Origin: Candidatus Wukongarchaeum yapensis
GTDB lineage: Archaea > Asgardarchaeota > Wukongarchaeia > Wukongarchaeales > Wukongarchaeaceae
Direction: 5' to 3'
NCBI GenBank assembly: GCA_016840425.1
Contig: JAEOSI010000053.1
Location: forward strand, 1 to 11,400
Length of the DNA: 11,400 bases
The notes beneath the pieces were generated by a model. It ran no database searches. It was not told the origin of the DNA and saw only the letters and a program-made list of their open reading frames with translations. Numbering within the stretch: the first letter of the stretch is position 1; each line of letters opens with the position of its first letter. Positions 1 through 6,563 of this stretch are shown here, piece after piece. The position numbers and the translations under genes are program-made.

Positions 1-1031
1 AGAGAACAGGTTTTAGACGTGTATTTTTCATCCTTTTTCCTCGTCTTTATTCCGTGATTTTCTGCTGTTACTCTAAGCCTTTCGTAGATGTATTTAAAAG
101 ACCAGAAGTTGTTTATCATCGCATTAGCTTTTCTCCCTTTCATTTTCTTTCTACTGTTCTCTCTTATGTGGGTTATATCTCCTATGACGATTTCTGAAAC
201 TTCTTTTTCCCAGCAGTTTTTGACAAACCTCGCTATTATCATGTTTATCGAGTGTGTGAACCTTTTCTGCCTCTTCCTAAACAATCTCCTTAGTCGTCTT
301 GATGTTTTCCTTTTCCCGTTTTTCTCCATGATGCTTTGGTGTTCTCCTATTTTTCCGTTCCAGTACCACCAATCGCTTAACAAGCTTCTCCCAGAATATA
401 TTTCCGGTCGTTTTTCTCCTTCTATCCAACTGGTTATGATGTTTATGATCCCCAAGTCGACGTATGCCTTTTTGTCTGCTGTTGGTTGATGTAGGGGTTT
501 TTCTACCTCTACCGGCATATAGGCATACCATCTCCTTGAGAGGTCATCGTAACGTATCTCTAACCTTCCTTGCTTTTTTCCTTCCCACCTGTTCTTTCCT
601 TTCCACCTAACTTTTAGCCCGAAGGGGAGTTTTAGATACTTCTCGGAAAGCTTATAACAATTACACCTTATAAAAATAATTAAAACCCTCTTCTCCGTTT
701 TCCTGTCTTTCCAGTAGCCTGGAGGAGAAACCTTGCGTATGTGTTTTGGGAGTTTTCCCTCCTTTTTCAGCCTTAACAAAGCGAAGAAAGACTTCCAAGC
801 CTCGTTGTTCTTCCTTGTTACCTGTTGGGCTGTAGCAGAACCTATAACCTTCTTGTATTTGTGATAGGACTCGTCGGTGTTCCAGTCAAAGTTTCCTGAG
901 AAAAAGGACTGTCTTCTCTTATAGTTTACCTCGTTAAACATCCTTGCACAGTTATCGGCTAACTCGAACAGCCTTTGCTCTTGCTCTTTATTCGGGCTTA
1001 GTTTGAACGTGTTGGTTCTTCTTCTTTTCAT
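1..1031 (-). CDS. tnpB: RNA-guided endonuclease TnpB (IS200/IS605 OrfB), 3' end outside the window; 343 codons visible
   Basis: Manual translation from ATG at 1031 stays open to the window edge: MKRRRTNTFKLSPNKEQEQRLFELADNCARMFNEVNYKRRQ...SATAQQVTRKNNEAWKSFF...PPGYWKDR...KKAYVDLGIINI (RuvC-I D192)...EIVIGDITHIRE (RuvC-II position)...KDEKYTSKTCS (start of Zn finger). Absent from the ORF track because no stop codon lies in the window. Confidence 0.95.
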   Translation of the reverse strand, partial: MKRRRTNTFKLSPNKEQEQRLFELADNCARMFNEVNYKRRQSFFSGNFDWNTDESYHKYKKVIGSATAQQVTRKNNEAWKSFFALLRLKKEGKLPKHIRKVSPPGYWKDRKTEKRVLIIFIRCNCYKLSEKYLKLPFGLKVRWKGKNRWEGKKQGRLEIRYDDLSRRWYAYMPVEVEKPLHQPTADKKAYVDLGIINIITSWIEGEKRPEIYSGRSLLSDWWYWNGKIGEHQSIMEKNGKRKTSRRLRRLFRKRQKRFTHSINMIIARFVKNCWEKEVSEIVIGDITHIRENSRKKMKGRKANAMINNFWSFKYIYERLRVTAENHGIKTRKKDEKYTSKTCS

Positions 1032-1143
1032 TTAACAGCCTCTTTATCACGTCTGTATACGTGTCTCCTACCTTCTTCATCGACTTTAGCTTGTTTGCAA
1101 CTTCTCTGTGGATGGAAATCTTAACCTTATCCTTTTTATCCAT
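988..1143 (-). CDS. Small ribbon-helix-helix / antitoxin-like DNA-binding protein (51 aa)
   Basis: MDKKDKVKISIHREVANKLKSMKKVGDTYTDVIKRLLNE... has an alternating beta strand (VKISI) followed by two helices ending in TYTDVIKRLL, typical of archaeal CopG/RHH-like proteins. ATG at 1143 is preferred over 1197 because the TATA box lies between them. Overlaps the tnpB start by 44 nt. Confidence 0.75.
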   Translation of the reverse strand: MDKKDKVKISIHREVANKLKSMKKVGDTYTDVIKRLLNEKKKNQHVQTKPE

Positions 1144-1174
1144 TTTTACCCCAAACACCAAAAAGGATAAAAAA

Positions 1175-1189
1175 TATATAAACCTATCG
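1175..1189 (-). promoter_or_regulatory. Archaeal-type promoter (BRE-like + TATA box) for the RHH-tnpB transcript
   Basis: Minus strand reads GCGATAGG-TTTATATA, about 30 nt upstream of the RHH ATG at 1143, implying a very short leader. Confidence 0.55.
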
Positions 1190-1226
1190 CAACTCATCCC
1201 CGCCTAAAGGGCTGGGACCTTCTTGC
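1189..1226 (-). repeat. IS200/IS605 left-end subterminal imperfect hairpin
   Basis: Minus strand GCAA-gaaggt-CCCAGCC-cttta-GGCGGGG-atgag-TTGC: GC-rich core stem 1198-1216 with one mismatch, plus outer GCAA/TTGC pairing. Resembles the CCCCGCCCTTTAGGGCGGGG-type ends of this IS family. Confidence 0.8.
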
Positions 1227-1250
1227 TCACCTTCAGTAAAGAAATCATCA

Positions 1251-1280
1251 CTTCCCCCCTTCTCCTTTTCTTCTTTTTTT
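1251..1280 (+). terminator. 30-nt pure pyrimidine tract ending in T7; probable archaeal oligo-T terminator for a plus-strand transcript
   Basis: CTTCCCCCCTTCTCCTTTTCTTCTTTTTTT; same architecture as the tract directly after the HEAT gene (4821-4850, minus). Confidence 0.4.
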
Positions 1281-1385
1281 GAACCTTCTTCAAACAAAGG
1301 CTGTACCTCTTTTTTAAAGGGATTTGGGAGTATAATCCTTTGAAAATCACTTTGAAGGTATGGCGGTTTTGATTATTTTTCTTTT

Positions 1386-4280
1386 ATGGGGAAGATTTTC
1401 ATGAGGAAGTTGAAAAAAGTCAAAAGTAAGATGTTTTTTTCCTGTCTATTTATTAGCATGATTTTTGCTTTGAATATGGGGCTTGTTTCTGCCTATACAG
1501 CTCCCACCACTACCACGCTTACAATGGATAAAAATACAGCTTATTTTTTGGAAACGGTTACTTTTACAGCTCACGTAGAGAAGGTAGGAGGGTCTTCTTG
1601 GCCCATTGAGGGGGTTTTATGGTTCCACGATACGACTACGGGGCAAAACCTTTCAGATTCACCCGTGCCTTTAGACGTTTATAGTGAAGCTACTCTTGAA
1701 TGGACAGTACCTTTAGGCTATCCTTTAGGGTATCACGATATTAACGCGACCTTTATACCCGAGAACCCCCAGGACTATCAGTCGAGTAGCGATGTGGAGA
1801 TACTAGACGTTCTTGGAACAGGTTTTACAGCGAACCTAGCAGCTAACCCTGAAAAAGCTTACAGGGAAGAAACCTCGGTAAACCTAACAACCGTTTTAAC
1901 AGGGGCGAATGTTTCTAATAAGCTAGCTAAATACTACTACGAAGATTCAATAGGTCTAAACTATATTGGTCAAAGCGACGTAATAGACAATGTAAGCGTT
2001 TATCTTTGGACACCTGAATGGGTTATGGAGTTAGGGGGGACAACAGTGTGGGTTAAGATCTACAACGATTCAGACGAATACATGGGAATAAACGATTCAA
2101 CCCTTGTGGAGATATGGGATAAAACAGAGGTCTCTGTTTCTTATCATCAGGAGCCTTATTATCCTCAAGGGGTTGTGGAGGCAGATATCAGGGTTTTCCT
2201 TGCTTCAAACATCGGGGTTGATGTGGAAAATGCTACGGTGGAAGTTTATGATCTGTTAGATGATCAGCTTGTCGGGGTTTATGAGACGGATGAGGACGGT
2301 GTTTTCACGTTTATATACGATCCTCAACAAGTGGGACAGCACACGTTAAACCTGACCGTTTATCCTGAAGATTCCTTCGTAGAAGGAGACAACCATTACT
2401 CAACTTATATAGTGAATGGCGAGACCTTGATCGTTACAGAGGTTCCTGGAGAAGCTCAAAGAGATACGATGATCTACTTAAATGCAACCGTTTACTGCTA
2501 TGGAGAAATCGTTACAGAAGGCAACTTATTGTTGAAATACACCAACGGAACTATTATTGAGACCTTCCAAGTGATGGGGAAGGTGGTTTACGGATACTAT
2601 GTTTTTCCGAGCCACGAACTTGGAGAAATGGTTTTCTTCTGGGAGTATGAGGGTACTGTGATTTATGATCCTTCAAACTCTACTACGGATGTGGTGACTT
2701 TTTGGTCTATTCCTAATTTTGCTCAAGGATCTGTTAGTACTAATCCTACATCAACGATAACCGGGCAAAACGTGGAGATAAAAGGACAACTAATAGATGA
2801 AGTAGGTGAAGGGGTGGAAAATGCCCTTATCACATTGTATGAAGGGGGTAGTTTGAGAGGTACTGCTGTTACAGGGTTTGACGGTTGGTTTTATTACAAC
2901 TACAGCATAACAAGCAGCATGCCTGTAGGTTGGCATACAATTCTTGTAAAGTTTGAAGGAGAAGGTTCTATCTACTGTTATCCAGCACAAAGCAGTCCCA
3001 TGGTACAGTTCTTCGTGAGAACGCCTATCACCTTGACAATGGAGACAACACTTTACGCAGAAGAAGATGTAGATATTCAAGTGGAGGGAACTCCTAACCA
3101 CATGATTAATCTTTACTGGCAACAAGGTTCAGGAGGTTCTGCTAACTGGATCACAAACATTCCTTTAGATCAAAACGGGCAAGGCTCCACAACATGGAAC
3201 GTTCCCTACCATAAAGGGTTAATCCTCGTTTTTGCAAACAATAGTTATGGCGACACTGATTCAAAGACTTGCGAAGTATGGATCAAACCCACAGGAGACT
3301 TTACTAACCTACCAGCAAACGTGACTGTTAGTGAAGTTGTCAGTTTTTCCGTGCAGTGCAGTGAGAGATACAGGGTTTTAGCAAATCAAATGCCTGTTAC
3401 TGGTTGGTTTGCAGGGGAAACACAAAACCAGATAAGTTTAAGCTTTACTTCAAGGGGAGAACACGTAGTTGCCATAGAGGCAAACGACACTTATGTTGTT
3501 CACACGTTTATCGAGGAAGTAGTGGAAGCTTGGGATACTGTGCAGGTTACGCTTTCCTGTCCGAGTAGCGCGGATGTTGGGGCTCAGGTTACTGCAACGG
3601 TATATGTTGTAGGTGTAAACACAGGTCCTGTTTCAGGGACAACCGTACACCTTTATGCTGACAGTGTTATGGTTTCAAGCAGCATAACGGATTCTTACGG
3701 TGAAGCTACTTTCACGTTTTCTTTGCGTGAAAAAGGGACTTATAGTATGCAGGTTTTAAGCCTTGCTTCAGACTATTGTCAGCGAGGGGTTTCAAACATC
3801 GAAAGCTTAACCGCAGGTGACGGTTCGCAAGACCCTATAAACAATCCGCCGAGCATTGACAAAGTTTGGTATACGGATTACCCGAACACCTTTGTAGGGA
3901 TTAATGAAACTGAGGAGATGAAATTTGAAGTTACTATAAGTGATGATGGTGCTGTTTCGGCGGTTTATCTCCTAATTAGTGGTACGAGGGTGGATTTAGC
4001 ACAGATAAGCGATACTCTCTGGAAGGGTTCATACAAGTTTACAGAAAACGGGGATTATTCAATAACATTGGTTGCAGAGGATGATAAAGAAGCAAAAACA
4101 AGCATGTTTTTGTGCAGTGTGAAAGTTTTACAACCAGGCGGTTCAGATCCGCCCAGTAAAGGATCGGGCGACGGATCTGATAGTCAAGGAGAATCAAATA
4201 CAGCAAATCTCTTAACTGTTTCTTTGGTCGGGGTGACGATACTAGGCGTTTATTTCTTAACAAACAGGAAACAACAATAG
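1386..4280 (+). CDS. Large secreted cell-surface glycoprotein with tandem Ig-like beta-sandwich repeats and a C-terminal membrane anchor (964 aa)
   Basis: N-terminal signal peptide (basic MRKLKKVKSK, hydrophobic core, ..GLVSA). Recurrent Ig-like motifs (V.NA.V.LY...TD.DG.F.F.Y...G.H.I). Acidic, Thr/Val/Tyr-rich. 17 N-x-S/T sequons by manual count. G/S/D/P linker (PGGSDPPSKGSGDGSDSQGES), TM helix LLTVSLVGVTILGVYFL, short basic tail. Start may be 1386 or 1401. Confidence 0.85.
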   Translation: MGKIFMRKLKKVKSKMFFSCLFISMIFALNMGLVSAYTAPTTTTLTMDKNTAYFLETVTFTAHVEKVGGSSWPIEGVLWFHDTTTGQNLSDSPVPLDVYSEATLEWTVPLGYPLGYHDINATFIPENPQDYQSSSDVEILDVLGTGFTANLAANPEKAYREETSVNLTTVLTGANVSNKLAKYYYEDSIGLNYIGQSDVIDNVSVYLWTPEWVMELGGTTVWVKIYNDSDEYMGINDSTLVEIWDKTEVSVSYHQEPYYPQGVVEADIRVFLASNIGVDVENATVEVYDLLDDQLVGVYETDEDGVFTFIYDPQQVGQHTLNLTVYPEDSFVEGDNHYSTYIVNGETLIVTEVPGEAQRDTMIYLNATVYCYGEIVTEGNLLLKYTNGTIIETFQVMGKVVYGYYVFPSHELGEMVFFWEYEGTVIYDPSNSTTDVVTFWSIPNFAQGSVSTNPTSTITGQNVEIKGQLIDEVGEGVENALITLYEGGSLRGTAVTGFDGWFYYNYSITSSMPVGWHTILVKFEGEGSIYCYPAQSSPMVQFFVRTPITLTMETTLYAEEDVDIQVEGTPNHMINLYWQQGSGGSANWITNIPLDQNGQGSTTWNVPYHKGLILVFANNSYGDTDSKTCEVWIKPTGDFTNLPANVTVSEVVSFSVQCSERYRVLANQMPVTGWFAGETQNQISLSFTSRGEHVVAIEANDTYVVHTFIEEVVEAWDTVQVTLSCPSSADVGAQVTATVYVVGVNTGPVSGTTVHLYADSVMVSSSITDSYGEATFTFSLREKGTYSMQVLSLASDYCQRGVSNIESLTAGDGSQDPINNPPSIDKVWYTDYPNTFVGINETEEMKFEVTISDDGAVSAVYLLISGTRVDLAQISDTLWKGSYKFTENGDYSITLVAEDDKEAKTSMFLCSVKVLQPGGSDPPSKGSGDGSDSQGESNTANLLTVSLVGVTILGVYFLTNRKQQ

Positions 4281-4343
4281 ACGTATTGCTCGATAGTTGA
4301 TAACCAAAAAATAGCGACTGTTTAAACTTGGTTACAAACATAA

Positions 4344-4385
4344 CCTCTCTTTTTTTATGTTTTTTTTGTAGAGCTTTTTCTTTTT
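4344..4385 (+). terminator. Oligo-T terminator region downstream of the surface protein gene
   Basis: Successive T7, T8 and two T5 runs 70-105 nt after the stop at 4280. Confidence 0.45.
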
Positions 4386-4453
4386 AGATCTTAGCAGAGG
4401 GATTTTTTAAAAAAGAAAATTGGGCGGGAATATAGTTTGAGGTGGTATTGTTT

Positions 4454-4591
4454 ATGACCGGTCTTTTCGGTATTGGAAACTATGCTTTTGATCTGAAATC
4501 AGATCCAGATAAGATGAAAATATTTACATTTCTTATTGCAGTTCTTGTTTTGGTAATCGCCCTTTACGAAAATACTAGTTTTATGAGATAA
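4454..4591 (+). CDS. Putative 45-aa single-pass membrane microprotein
   Basis: Strong SD GAGGTGG at 4439-4445, 8 nt before the ATG. MTGLFGIGNYAFDLKSDPDKMKIFTFLIAVLVLVIALYENTSFMR contains a 16-residue hydrophobic segment. Below the ORF-track length cutoff. Confidence 0.5.
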   Translation: MTGLFGIGNYAFDLKSDPDKMKIFTFLIAVLVLVIALYENTSFMR

Positions 4592-4619
4592 AGTCTTTAG
4601 GCTATAAGGGGTGAAAATC

Positions 4620-4739
4620 GTGCAAATAAACCGAATGGTAGTAAAGAGTAGAAAAGAGGAACCTATAGAAAGCATGTTTCGTGATAAAGATGAAGCGTTA
4701 TACGTTTTTCGTGAGAAAATTCACAACCTATACTCATAA
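4620..4739 (+). CDS. Putative 39-aa hypothetical peptide
   Basis: SD-like GGGGTGA at 4608-4614 before GTG; MQINRMVVKSRKEEPIESMFRDKDEALYVFREKIHNLYS. No recognisable family. Confidence 0.3.
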   Translation: MQINRMVVKSRKEEPIESMFRDKDEALYVFREKIHNLYS

Positions 4740-4820
4740 TGCTTCGAAAAGATTGGGAAGAAAAAGGAGAAAGGAGGTAGGATTAAACCAATACGTAATT
4801 TTGATTTGATGTTTTGAAAC

Positions 4821-4850
4821 AAAAAAAAAGGGAGGGGGAAAAGGAGGGAG
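4821..4850 (-). terminator. Pyrimidine tract ending in T9; probable terminator of the HEAT-repeat gene
   Basis: Minus strand CTCCCTCCTTTTCCCCCTCCCTTTTTTTTT begins 5 nt after the TAA at 4856. Confidence 0.55.
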
Positions 4851-4855
4851 TAGTT

Positions 4856-5392
4856 TTATCCTCTTTTTGCTGTTAGGTAGTAGGCTTTTTCCGTGTCAGT
4901 TTTAGGCGCCCACCCTAGTTTTTCCAAGGCTTGTGCTGCTCCCTCTCGGACAAGCTTTTCTTCGTCTTTTAAAGCTTCGATTAGGGGTTTTATCGCTCTT
5001 TTGTCGCCTATTTTGTCAAGGGTCCATACTGCTGCTTTTCTCATTTCTGCGCTTTCATGTTTTAGGGCTTTTATTAGATGTTCTGTTTTGTTTTTATATT
5101 TTAAGATTACAAGGATTGATGCCACAGCCATTCGGACAAGGCTGTCTTCATCTTTTAGGGCTTGTTCGAGGGGTTCTATTGCTTTTTCACCGCCGATTTT
5201 GTCAAGGACTTCTACTACCGTTCCTCTTACGTTCACATCTCCATCTTTTAAAGCTTCTATCAGGGGGTTTAAGGCTTTTTTATCGCCTATTTCAGCAAGA
5301 GCCCACACAGCTTCTTCTCTAACACTACTATCTTCATCTTTTAAAGCTTCTATCAAAGGGTCTACTGCCCTTTTATCCTTCATCTCTCCCAA
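4856..5392 (-). CDS. HEAT / PBS-lyase HEAT-like repeat protein; six 31-aa repeats, the first extending upstream of this start to about 5461
   Basis: 31-aa periodic motif A(V/I/L).PLI.ALKDED..VR..A..AL..IGD.R, followed by GWAPKTDTEKAYYL. The frame is open upstream to 5551 (see findings for the start-codon problem). Confidence 0.9.
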   Translation of the reverse strand: MGEMKDKRAVDPLIEALKDEDSSVREEAVWALAEIGDKKALNPLIEALKDGDVNVRGTVVEVLDKIGGEKAIEPLEQALKDEDSLVRMAVASILVILKYKNKTEHLIKALKHESAEMRKAAVWTLDKIGDKRAIKPLIEALKDEEKLVREGAAQALEKLGWAPKTDTEKAYYLTAKRG

Positions 5393-6563
5393 GTTATACG
5401 CGGCTTCCCTTCGGATTTCCGCATCTTCATCTTTTAAAGCTTTTATGAGGGATTTTATCCCTCTCTCTTTTTTCGAAGAGTTATCGGGTATCGTCGTGTC
5501 CGCCGACCCTCCTTTATGTAATGTTATTTTTTTTAGTTGTGTTTGGTTGTGTTATGGGATATTATTATTTAATAGTACAATATCGTTGTACGTGCTGTGA
5601 TATTATTTACATTTTATGTAGTTATAGAGGAAAGAAGGAGTTCTCTTCCAGCTTTTAGAGAGAGGATAAAAAGGCGGGGGACGCACCTGTTTTTTAATAA
5701 AATACTATCGGTTGCCCGTCTACAGGTATTACTATACCTTTGTAGACACCCCATCCACACCCTTCTGTGCGAAACAGGTACGTCACTAGATATGATATTA
5801 TATGGTTTATAAAAGGGTTATAGGCAGGGGATAATTTATATACCCTATCTTAAATCTTCAATTTCTTACGCGATCTAATGGAAAGAAACAAGTAATTCCT
5901 TTGAAAGGGGTTTAGAAGCATCCTCAAAGGCGAAAATTCAGAATTAACATCTTTTAATTTTAAGTTTTTGAAACAAACAATTTTTAAACTTTTTTACACT
6001 TTTCACTTTTAATATCGGTTTAAGGAATTTTACGTCTTAGAGTTCTGTTGTGGGTAGGGCGTACCTATTTATGGAAAGGATATCGGAAAAGGGAGAAAAA
6101 TGATGACAAAAAACCGCGAAAAGGAAATAGGTGCACCGCGAAAATAATAAGACGGACCGTTATAAAAGATTGATGGGGGGAGGAACTAGAGGTGGGAGCG
6201 GAGCGGGATCAGAATAAAAGAGGAAAAAACATCCTCATAAACAAATTCAAGAAATAATCGTGAAAAGGGAGGTTATTCAAGTTTTACACATATGTTTAGG
6301 GGGAAATTTAGAAGATAATGCTCGAACCCCCTAAAAATATTGTTTTTCTTTGTCTATTGAAAGGGGGATTAATGATTTAAGACCTTCTTATCACTTTTTT
6401 AACAGGAAAGAAATGTAACTAATAAAGCCGTTTTTGGCGCGGGGTATAAATAGATTGCATTAGACATATATATGCGAGGTACGTTGTTTCTCATACACTG
6501 GGATTGTTCTCGGTATTTTGGTGGGTTTTTATGTGTGGTTGGAACATGAGGGGGTTATAGCTG

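Larger units (their letters stand above)
1..1235 (-). mobile_element. Left portion of a non-autonomous IS200/IS605-family (IS1341-like) element: left end, RHH gene, tnpB; no tnpA between left end and tnpB
   Basis: tnpB, an upstream subterminal hairpin at 1189-1226, and a TTAC tetranucleotide (minus strand, 1239-1236) 19 nt from the hairpin core stem. The right end is outside the window. Confidence 0.8.

Noticed and set aside
88-489. 133-aa hydrophobic plus-strand ORF
   Set aside because: Antisense shadow of the Lys/Arg-rich tnpB; the apparent hydrophobicity comes from reverse-complemented AAA/AGA codons.
277-531. 84-aa minus-strand ORF
   Set aside because: Alternative frame inside tnpB. I checked for a tnpB frameshift here and found none: the ATG at 1031 is in frame with YTSKTCS at the window edge.
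1144-1197. N-terminal extension MSCDRFIYFLSFLVFGVK of the RHH ORF
   Set aside because: Spans the TATA box and the IS hairpin; the ATG at 1143 is the more plausible start.
2790-3125. 111-aa minus-strand ORF (likewise 4039-4341)
   Set aside because: Antisense to the surface protein gene, with no motifs.
4893-5600. 235-aa and 129-aa plus-strand ORFs
   Set aside because: Antisense shadows of the HEAT repeats; their periodicity mirrors the 93-nt repeat.
5597-5812. 71-aa plus-strand ORF in the intergenic region
   Set aside because: No SD, no recognisable motif, atypical composition.
5780-5822. Possible Xer/dif site (CTAGATATGATATTATATGGTTTATAA)
   Set aside because: The arms do not fit the 11-6-11 layout with ATAA/TTAT inner ends.
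6354-6363. ATTGAAAG, the typical 3' end of archaeal CRISPR repeats
   Set aside because: Single occurrence; no regularly spaced repeat-spacer structure anywhere in the window and no cas genes.
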